Shown here: positions 19,227-28,578 of the stretch, one piece after another
How positions within the stretch are numbered: the first letter of the stretch is position 1
Layout: each line of letters starts with the position of its first letter
IMG/VR virus record: IMGVR_UViG_3300009509_001033
Coordinates: 5,804 to 69,803 of that record
DNA length: 64,000 bases
Source: a virus
Direction: 5' to 3' (one strand)
Notes under the pieces: model-generated
Database searches by the model: none
Told to the model about the DNA's origin: nothing
What the model saw: the letters and a program-made list of their open reading frames with translations, nothing else
Program-made: the position numbers and the translations under genes

Positions 19227-19548
19227 AATAATCTTCTCCTTCTTCTTCTAGTACCTTCTTTAAGAAAGTACGTGTCATTGCCAAGAGGATTTTCGGTTTT
19301 AATGCTACCGTTTCATCATCGTCTTGGTTATAATATTCTATTTTAATATCGTTTAGTTCTTCATCATCAAGATCTATTCCCATCTGGTCACATAGTTGTT
19401 TAATAGCTTCCTCTAAACAACCTTCACATTGACATTCTTCTGAATGCTTACCTAATGCAGCTTCTTTAGCTTGATTGTCTCTGTAGAAACCATAATCATC
19501 ATAGTCTTTTGATGAATTTTTGTTTGGTCCTAGAATATCCTTAAACAT
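19219..19548 (-). CDS. hypothetical acidic protein
   Basis: HSEECQCEGC motif. Confidence 0.6.
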   Translation of the reverse strand: MFKDILGPNKNSSKDYDDYGFYRDNQAKEAALGKHSEECQCEGCLEEAIKQLCDQMGIDLDDEELNDIKIEYYNQDDDETVALKPKILLAMTRTFLKKVLEEEGEDYYG

Positions 19549-19918
19549 TTTCTTTGCCCTCTTTCTGTTCTTGATATGTCTCCTTAAGAGATCTTAAAAT
19601 AGCATTAATGCTTCCTAGAGCTTCCTCCATATTGGACATAAAGTTATAGAAGTAGTCTTCTAGGAAACGTAGCTCATTCTCAAGTTGTCCTATAGTAAAG
19701 AGAGTTGTCCCTTCTGCTGGAACTTGCTCTCCACTTTTTATTAGTGAATCTGCAATACACTTATCACATCTTAAAATAGTAAAAGTGAAATTCTCAGGAT
19801 CATATTTTTCAAGCTTTAGTTGTGTATCATAAAGAGTACAGCATATATGGTCAGTACCTATATCCATAAACTCACATTCACGTACACATTCTCTTTTAGA
19901 CATTTCAATCATCACCAC
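19541..19918 (-). CDS. hypothetical protein, Cys-rich N-terminus
   Basis: Packed operon. Confidence 0.6.
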   Translation of the reverse strand: MVMIEMSKRECVRECEFMDIGTDHICCTLYDTQLKLEKYDPENFTFTILRCDKCIADSLIKSGEQVPAEGTTLFTIGQLENELRFLEDYFYNFMSNMEEALGSINAILRSLKETYQEQKEGKENV

Positions 19919-19924
19919 CTTTCA

Positions 19925-20899
19925 TTAGAGATATAACCACTTTTTATTCTCCTTAGATTTAAAGTACCACTTTACAGTTCGTTCTAAGGATCGTTCAAAA
20001 TCAACCGGAAGATCCCATCCCATTTTTTCCATTTTAGATCCATCTAGAGCATATCTTAAATCGTGTCCAGGTCTGCTTGAATGAAAGTCAACTAATTGAT
20101 ATTCTAATGGTTTTTCTAGTATATCTGCTATTAACATTGCTAGTTTTAAATTGGTTACTTCTTTTTCTCCTACGATGTTATATTTTTCTCTAAATTGAAA
20201 CTTGTCTAATAGAAAATGCAGTGCATGAGCAACATTTCTACAATGAATATAAAACCTAGATCCTGGAATGGTTTTTGTAGCATCCGAATGAATTGTTACT
20301 ACTTCATTATTTAACACCTTTCTTATAATCAATGGTATGAATTTTTCTGGGTGTTGTCTTTCACCAAAGCAATTCATTCCATGTGTTATAAAGACTGGTA
20401 CTCTATATGTATTAGCATATGCAAGTGCTAACTCTTCTCCACCTGCCTTTGTAGCTGCATATGGGTTAGTGCTATTATATCTATCCCACTCTTTGTAATT
20501 CATTCCTTTAGGAGCAGGACCAAAAACTTCATCAGTACTGAAATAATTGAACCCTCTAAGATCCTCTAGCTCTTTTGCATAGTTTAACATGTGCATGGTC
20601 CCTACTACATTTGACATAACAAATGGTTCTGGATCATCTATTGAATTATCTACATGTGTCTCTGCTGCTAAATGAAGAATATAGTCAACATTTTTTGTTT
20701 CTTGAATAACTCCAGGTGGGATAGGTCTGGTGAGATCTGTTGTGAAGAAAGATACTCGTTTATCATCGAAAGCTTTAATATCTCTAACACGGTCAAAGCC
20801 ACTTGCTGCATAAGTAAGCTTGTCAAATATTACTATCTCCCATTTTGTGTTCTTAAGAAAGTGTTCTACTACATGGTGACCTGTTATTAAAATTTTCAT
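19925..20899 (-). CDS. rfbB: dTDP-glucose 4,6-dehydratase homolog lacking the GxxGxxG motif
   Basis: DKLTYAA, HLAAETHVDNSI, STDEVFG, PYAATKA, QHPEKFIP, RPGHDLRYALD. Confidence 0.9.
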   Translation of the reverse strand: MKILITGHHVVEHFLKNTKWEIVIFDKLTYAASGFDRVRDIKAFDDKRVSFFTTDLTRPIPPGVIQETKNVDYILHLAAETHVDNSIDDPEPFVMSNVVGTMHMLNYAKELEDLRGFNYFSTDEVFGPAPKGMNYKEWDRYNSTNPYAATKAGGEELALAYANTYRVPVFITHGMNCFGERQHPEKFIPLIIRKVLNNEVVTIHSDATKTIPGSRFYIHCRNVAHALHFLLDKFQFREKYNIVGEKEVTNLKLAMLIADILEKPLEYQLVDFHSSRPGHDLRYALDGSKMEKMGWDLPVDFERSLERTVKWYFKSKENKKWLYL

Positions 20900-20915
20900 G
20901 TTTCATGAATCCCCC

Positions 20916-21149
20916 TTAATATTCTAGTTCTCCATCTGTTAATAATCTTGGGTTTTGTGCAACTTCAGCATCAATTCGTTCTTTCATATACCCTATATAG
21001 TCTCTGACAGTATCTTCTCCGGTAGTAAAACTATCTTCAAGTATGTACCCATCAGAGAGTCTTATTATTGAAAAGTAGAGGTTATCCCATCCACCTAAAG
21101 CCCTTTCTCTTCTGACATCTATTTCAAAGCCCCTGTATATGACTTTCAT
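20916..21149 (-). CDS. hypothetical protein
   Basis: GGAG RBS. Confidence 0.6.
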   Translation of the reverse strand: MKVIYRGFEIDVRRERALGGWDNLYFSIIRLSDGYILEDSFTTGEDTVRDYIGYMKERIDAEVAQNPRLLTDGELEY

Positions 21150-21159
21150 ATTATCTCCA

Positions 21160-21348
21160 TTAAAAGTTTTTATGGTTTGAATAAAACTCTATTTCCTTTT
21201 TTATATTATCCCATTCTGGTATTATATTTGGTTCAGGTGTTGTATTGCCTTTACCAAACATCCACTCTTCTAGAGCTTTGGCTTTCTTTTTGTAGGCTTC
21301 AACTAATCCCTCTAATCTTTCTATTTCTCTATGATTCAAGTTCATCAT
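21160..21348 (-). CDS. hypothetical protein
   Basis: Packed operon. Confidence 0.5.
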   Translation of the reverse strand: MMNLNHREIERLEGLVEAYKKKAKALEEWMFGKGNTTPEPNIIPEWDNIKKEIEFYSNHKNF

Positions 21349-21739
21349 AGATTCCTTTCATTGTCTCAGGTGGAGAGGTAGAACAGTGCTCCGTTTTTAT
21401 ATCTTGGAATTGCCCCTTCTCTCCTGAAAGCTTATTTTTGACCTTTACTCTTTGGGCATTATAGTTTCGTATTTCTAATGCTCTTCTCCCAACTTCTTCT
21501 AATCCCATTTCCCCTTCTTTTCCTAATCTAATATCAGCTTCTAATGCCCAAATAATTCCATTTATCCTGTGTAATTGTCTAATACACTTTACCATATCTT
21601 CAAAGTCTTCTGGTTTAGAATTGAGCAGTACTTCTTTAGCAAAGGCATAAAATTCTGGCAGTGCTTTCTCACCTGCCTTTTCTACTTTATGAAAGAGAAT
21701 GGATAGTCTATCACATATTTCTCCTATATTCATTTCCAT
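21329..21739 (-). CDS. DUF6165/DUF4254-like helical protein
   Basis: IGEICDRLSIL..K, IN..IW.LE.DIR, N..R..KN pattern. Confidence 0.6.
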   Translation of the reverse strand: MEMNIGEICDRLSILFHKVEKAGEKALPEFYAFAKEVLLNSKPEDFEDMVKCIRQLHRINGIIWALEADIRLGKEGEMGLEEVGRRALEIRNYNAQRVKVKNKLSGEKGQFQDIKTEHCSTSPPETMKGIYDELES

Positions 21740-22809
21740 TACTCTTCTTCACCATCCTCTACTAGTTTTGCAGCTTCTTCTATTTCTTCATTAATAGTAG
21801 AATAGCCTGTATCGGCAATCCATTCTTCTAGTTTTTCCAGAATACTTTCATCTTCAAATAGATATTGTTTTAAAGCTTCCCTTCCCTGAATCTTTTTCTC
21901 TTCACCAACATCATACCAGGAACCAGAAGCAACAATAATACCTGATCCAAGTGCTTGTTCTATAATACCTGCATATGGATCAATACCTTTTCTATAGTCA
22001 ATATCTACTATTGCTTCTTGGAATGGTGGATATAGATTATTCTTCAGAGTATATGCTTTGAGTCTTGTGCCTATGATTTGTTTCTTACTGGTGCCTTCCT
22101 CATCAGCATCCCCACCTTCTGTGATATACTCCTTTTTAAGGTTGATAAGGATTCTGGGAAGGTATCTCATTGCCTTACCACCACCAATTTGATCGGGCAT
22201 TGGAACTAGTCCAGGTCTTCCATATAAATGGCCACAGGCAATACCGATAGAGTTCTGTTTAATACATAATGCAAGGAAGAGTCTGAACATTGCTTTAAGA
22301 TCTTTTTGTAGGAGACCCTGATCTTGTTTGTATTTCCCCTTCTTTGCATCCTTTAATGCTTTCTGTCTCTGTAGGTTACCAATACTATCAATACCGATTA
22401 TATATTTATCTCCAGAACCTTCTAATTGGCCAAGTATAGCTATAACCTCTTCAACAAAAGGTGTGTAAATATACATGCAGCTTTCAATATCTAATCCCCA
22501 TCTCTCACAGAAAGTATTATTAATACCACCTTCCGTATCAATTATGACCGGAGTATAGCCTTTCTTCTGTGCTTCAACCATGCAGAGCACCATGAAGGAA
22601 GATTTCATACTTGCTTCTGGTCCAACAATACCAACAATGATCTTATTAGGAATACCTCTGAAAAAGCTACCGGAGATTATTCTATTAAGATCATAACACG
22701 GTGATTGTATCCAGTCTCGTTCTGCTGCTATGTTTGAATCTGCAAGAACAGAGACATGTACTCCTTTAACATTTGCTTCGATTCGTTTTTTTATGTCTGC
22801 TAGTTTCAT
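21739..22809 (-). CDS. uvsX: UvsX/RecA-like recombinase
   Basis: LNRIISG, GPEASMKS P-loop, IDTEG, IDSIGNL, GGGKA, KNNLYPPF, SGSWY. Confidence 0.92.
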   Translation of the reverse strand: MKLADIKKRIEANVKGVHVSVLADSNIAAERDWIQSPCYDLNRIISGSFFRGIPNKIIVGIVGPEASMKSSFMVLCMVEAQKKGYTPVIIDTEGGINNTFCERWGLDIESCMYIYTPFVEEVIAILGQLEGSGDKYIIGIDSIGNLQRQKALKDAKKGKYKQDQGLLQKDLKAMFRLFLALCIKQNSIGIACGHLYGRPGLVPMPDQIGGGKAMRYLPRILINLKKEYITEGGDADEEGTSKKQIIGTRLKAYTLKNNLYPPFQEAIVDIDYRKGIDPYAGIIEQALGSGIIVASGSWYDVGEEKKIQGREALKQYLFEDESILEKLEEWIADTGYSTINEEIEEAAKLVEDGEEE

Positions 22810-22810
22810 A

Positions 22811-23272
22811 TTATCCCCAACTCATATGTTTTGCTCCTGGTTTTTCTGGCTCTGGCTCTGATGGTTCTGGTTCTGGCTCTTCTTCTCCATCTCTTACTCT
22901 ATGAAGGCTTTCACGGTCAAGTATCAAATGACCCATACCAAGAGCTTGTAAAGCTGATCTTTGTTCATTTATAATTCGTAGGTAGTCTTGCTCTATGCTT
23001 CGTATTTCTTCAGCATTCTTATATACTTTTAACTCTTCTACCTTCTGCTCTAGATCATCTACTCTTTCTTCCAGAAAGGCTATGTATTCTTCTCTTTCCT
23101 CCGTAACGAATGTTTCAAAAGAGTCTATATCCTTATTTATAAGACTATATAGGATATCTTCAATTTCCCATCCTGCATATTTTTTAGTAAGCCTTTCAAT
23201 GAACAGTTTTACTTGTTCTTTATCAATTAATATGCCATTAATTAATTCAAATCTGTCCATATTTTCCTCCAT
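22811..23272 (-). CDS. hypothetical coiled-coil protein
   Basis: EP-rich tail; between gp46 and uvsX. Confidence 0.6.
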   Translation of the reverse strand: MEENMDRFELINGILIDKEQVKLFIERLTKKYAGWEIEDILYSLINKDIDSFETFVTEEREEYIAFLEERVDDLEQKVEELKVYKNAEEIRSIEQDYLRIINEQRSALQALGMGHLILDRESLHRVRDGEEEPEPEPSEPEPEKPGAKHMSWG

Positions 23273-23289
23273 TATATCATCAGCTATCC

Positions 23290-24231
23290 TTATTGTAAAG
23301 TAATTGTACTAAACCCACTTATCTTTTCTACTAGATAAGTTCTATCAACATCTATATCAGCTACTTCTTTACGATGAGAGATAAGAAATATCTTTAAACT
23401 ATCTTCTTGTTGTTTCCATTTAACTATCCTCATTAATTTCTCTATACCGTAGCTATCAATAGATGAATCAAGAAGTTCATCAGTAACAAGGATGTCAGGA
23501 AAAATTCCAGCTTTGAGCCTAGCAAAGTCGAGAAGTGCCATTTGTAGTGATAGATCTATGCTACGTCCTTCTCCACCTGATAGACTTCCATAGGAAGCAT
23601 TAGTTATTCCTGGTCCTTTAATTTCTGCTTCTAACCACTTATCTATTATAGCATAAAAACCATGCCCTGTTTCGGATAAATGATGATTTGTTCTTCTATT
23701 GAGATAGGGCATATTTGCAGAGATCACGAACTGCTTGATATTCTCATCTTTACAACACTCCTTAATGAAGTTTATATAGTCACTAAGAAGTTGGAGTTTT
23801 TCTGTTTCTTTTTGGTGTATTTCATTCTCTCCAGACAGAGAGACTATCTTTGCTCTCTCTGATTCGATTATCTCTTCAAAGCTTGCTCTTGTTTCTTTTT
23901 CACTTACAACTTTGTTTTCAAGGTTATCTATTAACCTCTCCAGGTTTTCTAACTTTTCAATTGCTAGTTTGTAGTCTTTAATAGAATGCTCTACATCTGC
24001 AAGTTCTTTACCTGCTTTGGTGCATTTTGTATTATACTTGGTGCTAATATCATCAAGCTTTTTCAAAGCATTTTTGTATCGTTCAACTATGCCCTTATTC
24101 TTTTTGATGTCAAGAGACTTTAGGACTGCTTTCTTTTCTTTAATATCACCATCTAGTCTTATGATGGTCATTAAGGTATCTTTCATTTTATGTATACTTT
24201 CACTCCTAATATTAACTTCCTTTCTGACCAT
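23290..24231 (-). CDS. gp46: gp46 (Rad50/SbcC) C-terminal half
   Basis: Signature SLSGGE, Walker B DELLDSSID, LISH. Confidence 0.9.
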   Translation of the reverse strand: MVRKEVNIRSESIHKMKDTLMTIIRLDGDIKEKKAVLKSLDIKKNKGIVERYKNALKKLDDISTKYNTKCTKAGKELADVEHSIKDYKLAIEKLENLERLIDNLENKVVSEKETRASFEEIIESERAKIVSLSGENEIHQKETEKLQLLSDYINFIKECCKDENIKQFVISANMPYLNRRTNHHLSETGHGFYAIIDKWLEAEIKGPGITNASYGSLSGGEGRSIDLSLQMALLDFARLKAGIFPDILVTDELLDSSIDSYGIEKLMRIVKWKQQEDSLKIFLISHRKEVADIDVDRTYLVEKISGFSTITLQ

Positions 24232-24265
24232 ACTTTTTTGAGCAACAGCTTCCTTTCTTCCCTCT

Positions 24266-25456
24266 TTAGCTCTCCATCTTTCTTTTTAGATCTGTAATCT
24301 TCTCTTCTGTTATCTTTTCACCACAAAGAGGACACTCATCTTCTTCCTCCATTACTCTAAGGTGTCCTACATCCTGTTCAATGAGAGTTTCAAGGGAAGA
24401 GATTTCTTTCTCATAGTTCATTTCACGAATAAGATGTTGGTCTCCTTCTGCTACAATTTCATCTCTTTCTTTTTCAGCTTCTTCTATTCCCTTTTCAAGT
24501 TTTTTCGGGTCACCATATTTAGCTCTTTCACTTTCAATCTGTTTTATCTCTGCTAAAGCCCCTCTAACTCTATCCATGTCAACTTGTTTTTCAAGAGTTT
24601 TAATTTTAAACTCTACATTTTCGACCTTGCTATTTATACTCAGAACGATATTCATTAGTACAGCATGGTTTTCTCCAGCTTTAATGATCTGTTTTTGGAG
24701 TCTTTCGTACTCTTTTCTATCTTCTGCATATCTCTCTTTAAGCTTTTCGTATTTGTCCTGTGCATCTTCCAGTTCTGAAGCTGAAGAGACAAGAGTTCTT
24801 ATTTTGCTCTGGATGTTAGCAATGGTCCTGTTTGATTCATTAATAGTCTGCTCATTGAACTGAGACTTCATCAAGTGGTCACTAAGTTTCTTATCAATAG
24901 ATCTCAACTTCTCATTACATTTCTCATTGATCTTGTTGAAAAGCTGAAGATTGAAAATACGTTCCAGGAACTTTCTTTTTTCAGGCTTTTTCATTGTGAG
25001 TACTGGAGAAGTAGTGTTGATGTTGGTGTAGACAAGAGACATGAAGGTGTTGAAGTCAATTCCTAGAACCTCTTCCTCCAGTTGCTTTTGGAATATATCT
25101 TTTCTTGCATCTATAGGAACATCAGTGCCGTTCTTTGAGACTGTGAATGCATCTGGCTTCAATGCTCTATAAATAATATATTCATCCTTGCCTTTATGGA
25201 AAGTGATTGCAACTTCACAATTCTTTCTGTTTCTCCAATTGACTATCTGTTCAAGTTTTATATCACGATTTACCTTTCCAAAGAGGGCAAAAGGAATGGT
25301 TTCAAGAAAAGAGGATTTTCCTGATGCATTTGATCTGTCCTTGGCATGATCAAGACCAAGAATCAAATTAAGCCCATAAAGAAAATCCACTTCTTGCCAT
25401 CTGCTACCAAAGCTTAGGAAGTTACGGAATCTTATTGAATCAATTTCTAATCTCAC
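24266..25456 (-). CDS. gp46: gp46 (Rad50/SbcC) N-terminal half
   Basis: FRNFLSFG, Walker A NASGKSS, ALFGK, coiled coil, zinc hook CPLC. Confidence 0.9.
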   Translation of the reverse strand: MRLEIDSIRFRNFLSFGSRWQEVDFLYGLNLILGLDHAKDRSNASGKSSFLETIPFALFGKVNRDIKLEQIVNWRNRKNCEVAITFHKGKDEYIIYRALKPDAFTVSKNGTDVPIDARKDIFQKQLEEEVLGIDFNTFMSLVYTNINTTSPVLTMKKPEKRKFLERIFNLQLFNKINEKCNEKLRSIDKKLSDHLMKSQFNEQTINESNRTIANIQSKIRTLVSSASELEDAQDKYEKLKERYAEDRKEYERLQKQIIKAGENHAVLMNIVLSINSKVENVEFKIKTLEKQVDMDRVRGALAEIKQIESERAKYGDPKKLEKGIEEAEKERDEIVAEGDQHLIREMNYEKEISSLETLIEQDVGHLRVMEEEDECPLCGEKITEEKITDLKRKMES

Positions 25457-26472
25457 TTCATTTCCTCTATCACAACATCTATAAAGTTATGGAACATAGT
25501 AAGGGCAGTTTTAAATTCAAGCCCCTCTGGTATTTCTGATTTTTCCAGGTAGCTCTTGACTATCTCTTTCTCACTTTTCATTTCTACTTCTTCATCAATG
25601 ATGTCTCCTGTAAGATCAACAGCAGCATTGGCAAAGTCAGTATAAACTTGAAGGGGATTTCTCATTTGGATTTCTTCAAGCATTTCTGTGTTTTTAGTAG
25701 TTCCATAGTCTCTATCATAAATTATTTTAATTATATTACCTTCTATATTTGTAAGGTCTCCAAAACAATCTGTATTAATGATAATGAATTTTGGTGCCTT
25801 GTTATATTCAACAAAATCAAAGTCTCCACCATTGTCAGTGTTGGGATAATAGAAATAATATCCTCTAGAGCTACCTGCATCTCCAAAGTCCTGTTGATAT
25901 GGAGAACCCAAATATTTGATGCCATCAATCCCATGAGTAGGTGTATGAAAATGACCCGAAACAACCATCTTAAATTTTTTAAAATCACTGGCATTAAGGT
26001 TTGCCCTTCTCATTATATATCCATCATTCATCTTGAAACCATTGATTTCGAAATGCCCCATGAGTACAGGACATTCAAGATGTTGGAAGTTCTGGCTCCA
26101 TGGCACTAAACCTATTTGCCAAGGTTCAAGACAAATTGGATCATCTACTATATGAATGTTTGTAAATTCTTTGAGTGTAACTAGGGAGTGAGGGTGAGTT
26201 TGGTTTTTAAAGTATTGATCATGGTTGCCTACCACTATCCATGTTTCAAATTGATTGAGAATGTTTCCTATTTGATGTGCATAATTGAGAGTTTTAACAT
26301 TAAGTGCTCTTCTATTATCATAGAAATCACCAAGATGTATTATGGTATTTACATTACGTCTATCACATTCATCTGCAATTTCTTTGAAGAGTTCTAATAC
26401 AACCTCATGCCATATATCAGCAGATTTGAAAATTCCTAAATGTGTATCGGTAACGATACAAAGTGGGTCCAC
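25453..26472 (-). CDS. gp47: gp47 recombination nuclease (Mre11/SbcD)
   Basis: TDTHLG, LGDFYDNR, GNHD, GHFE, SGHFH, YLGSPYQ. Confidence 0.95.
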   Translation of the reverse strand: MDPLCIVTDTHLGIFKSADIWHEVVLELFKEIADECDRRNVNTIIHLGDFYDNRRALNVKTLNYAHQIGNILNQFETWIVVGNHDQYFKNQTHPHSLVTLKEFTNIHIVDDPICLEPWQIGLVPWSQNFQHLECPVLMGHFEINGFKMNDGYIMRRANLNASDFKKFKMVVSGHFHTPTHGIDGIKYLGSPYQQDFGDAGSSRGYYFYYPNTDNGGDFDFVEYNKAPKFIIINTDCFGDLTNIEGNIIKIIYDRDYGTTKNTEMLEEIQMRNPLQVYTDFANAAVDLTGDIIDEEVEMKSEKEIVKSYLEKSEIPEGLEFKTALTMFHNFIDVVIEEMK

Positions 26473-26475
26473 ACA

Positions 26476-26676
26476 TTAACTCCTTTGTTTCTTAATAAGA
26501 CTTTTAAATACAGAGTCCATCCAATTGGAGGATCTATTCGGATTATAGCTCATATTTCTTATAAAGTGCTTCAGGAAGAGTTCTGGGTTATGTTTCACTT
26601 CTTCTAGCCAGTTAACCAGTTCTTCTTTCTCTTCTTGTTCTTTTTCTAGTTCTTTTATCCAGTCAATTTGTTCCAT
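26476..26676 (-). CDS. hypothetical protein
   Basis: TAATG coupling. Confidence 0.5.
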   Translation of the reverse strand: MEQIDWIKELEKEQEEKEELVNWLEEVKHNPELFLKHFIRNMSYNPNRSSNWMDSVFKSLIKKQRS

Positions 26677-26870
26677 TAATCAGTCCTGTAAAATCTACGA
26701 GTAGCACCACATTTGGGGCATTTAAAAGACCAGTTTTTAACCTGTCTAGCTTTGACTTTCGTATCATAATCACATTTTTCACATCGTGTTCTTAGTATAC
26801 CTTTTTCAGCCTGTTCCTCAACAGCTTCCCAATATTGCCAAGAATCCATTTCCATAAATACAACCTCCAC
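26676..26870 (-). CDS. small zinc-ribbon protein
   Basis: CEKC..CPKC. Confidence 0.6.
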   Translation of the reverse strand: MEVVFMEMDSWQYWEAVEEQAEKGILRTRCEKCDYDTKVKARQVKNWSFKCPKCGATRRFYRTD

Positions 26871-26881
26871 AAATTGTTTTC

Positions 26882-28534
26882 CTATATTACAAGCTTTAGG
26901 GCTTGTTCTACTACATCTTCTGGATCTGGGAGATATGGTCTTATATCCCCATCTTTAACCCAATCAAGTGTTGCACCATGGACCTCAGTTGGATTAGAGC
27001 TAATATCATCACAGGTCAGTCTTTTGTAAAGAGAGATAGTTTTGTAGTCTCTTCCACCCTCTATACCACCACCTCTCCATGGAAGCACATGGGATGGGTG
27101 TTTACAAGTGGGAATAAATAAAATCCAATTATCAAATGCACCTGCAATATGAATAGGTGCAGAGCAATTTGATATAGTTACTCTAGCTTTGCTTATTATA
27201 GCAAACAAACCTTTAACTGTTAACATATCACGAAAATCTCTTATACCTTTTGGCAAATCTACCTCAACATATCCTTGTTCGTCTGATATGTGCTTTCCTA
27301 TAATACCAGTATTTTTATGTTCCTTGTAGATGCCGTTAATTACTGCTTCCCACCAGTCTTTAGGAAATGTTTTACTTTCCCATCCTCTGCCAGGATGAAT
27401 TAGAATCATGTTTGAAAACCCTCTTAATGACCCACCATTTAAATTTCTTAATTCGTTAAGTGCATCTTCTGTTACTTCTAATTGTATTTGTCTGTGCTCA
27501 TCTGGTAGGATTTTTCGTATACATGAAAGACTTGAAAAATCTTGTGAATGCATTAGTGTTTGTGCTGCTACATTCCAAACATCTGGTCTTCCTTCAGGAC
27601 TTGGCATTGTCTCCATATGATAATCAGGAACTCTTTTGGTATTATATGCCCTTGAGTGATATATTCTAATTCTGTCTTTCATGTGATGATAAATTTCTGG
27701 CCAATCTGTTCTAACAACCATATCAGAGACCGGAAATGCAACATCCTTTATATATCTAACAACAGGTTCAGCATCTATTTGATCACCTATACCACCACCA
27801 ACAGTAATAACAATATTTCGTGGATATTTGTCTTTGTGATCACCTTCATTTGCTTTCCATATCTCAAGATCTTGATTAATAATGCTCATTAATTCTGTTG
27901 TATTAACATTGTCGGGAGCACCAGCATAATGGATTATATAAGAATTATATCTTTGGTCACCTGTTATTTCATCCATACATGTCATTCTATTATAAGGATA
28001 TGGTAAATCAAACATCTTCCATTCATCTCTGAAGATCTTTAAATTAATATAGCCTTGTTCATACATTCCTAGTTTAATAAGTCTTTCGGGTAGTTTGAAA
28101 AGAACTCTATGTTTTTTAGATAAAACCATTACACCGGAATTGTAATAGGATCTACCATCCCATTTAGGAATTTCCTCTTTATAAGCCATTACAGCTTCAC
28201 GTAGGGATTCCATTCGTGAAACAAAATGACCTTCATTAAACATTCCTATTTTATCTGAGGGAACTATTTCGGTAAGGTCAGGACAATCATCTCTAACAAT
28301 AATGTCTGTGTCGAGAAAAATTATTCTGTCATAATCTGGAAGCAGATCATAGAGCAAGAATTTGCTCCAGTGAGGTTGATTACAAGTTAACATATCACTT
28401 AATACTATGAAATCTGCTTTGATCCTTTTTGCATATGCTTCTAAGGTAGGATGAGTTAATGTAGCTAATGCTTCAAATTTATTTCCAATTGTTAAAGTTA
28501 CTACAGCTTTCTTCATATGTACATATTCCTCCAC
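26882..28534 (-). CDS. fused GT8-like and GT9 (heptosyltransferase-like) glycosyltransferase
   Basis: N: FLDTDIIV, YNSGVMV, EQ, IIHYAG; C: GGIGD, HPGRGWESKTFP..WW, SNCSAPIHIAGAFD. Confidence 0.85.
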   Translation of the reverse strand: MEEYVHMKKAVVTLTIGNKFEALATLTHPTLEAYAKRIKADFIVLSDMLTCNQPHWSKFLLYDLLPDYDRIIFLDTDIIVRDDCPDLTEIVPSDKIGMFNEGHFVSRMESLREAVMAYKEEIPKWDGRSYYNSGVMVLSKKHRVLFKLPERLIKLGMYEQGYINLKIFRDEWKMFDLPYPYNRMTCMDEITGDQRYNSYIIHYAGAPDNVNTTELMSIINQDLEIWKANEGDHKDKYPRNIVITVGGGIGDQIDAEPVVRYIKDVAFPVSDMVVRTDWPEIYHHMKDRIRIYHSRAYNTKRVPDYHMETMPSPEGRPDVWNVAAQTLMHSQDFSSLSCIRKILPDEHRQIQLEVTEDALNELRNLNGGSLRGFSNMILIHPGRGWESKTFPKDWWEAVINGIYKEHKNTGIIGKHISDEQGYVEVDLPKGIRDFRDMLTVKGLFAIISKARVTISNCSAPIHIAGAFDNWILFIPTCKHPSHVLPWRGGGIEGGRDYKTISLYKRLTCDDISSNPTEVHGATLDWVKDGDIRPYLPDPEDVVEQALKLVI

Positions 28535-28549
28535 AGGTAATTTTTTTAC

Positions 28550-28578
28550 ATTGTATCATAAGTTATTTAGATTGTAAA
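28550..28578 (-). promoter_or_regulatory. sigma70-type promoter for the GT/gp47/gp46/uvsX block
   Basis: TTTACA-17bp-TACAAT with extended TG, intergenic. Confidence 0.7.

Noticed and set aside
24232-24265. Intron or intein in gp46
   Set aside because: The gap is only 34 nt and is coding in the downstream frame; no splicing motifs or homing endonuclease.
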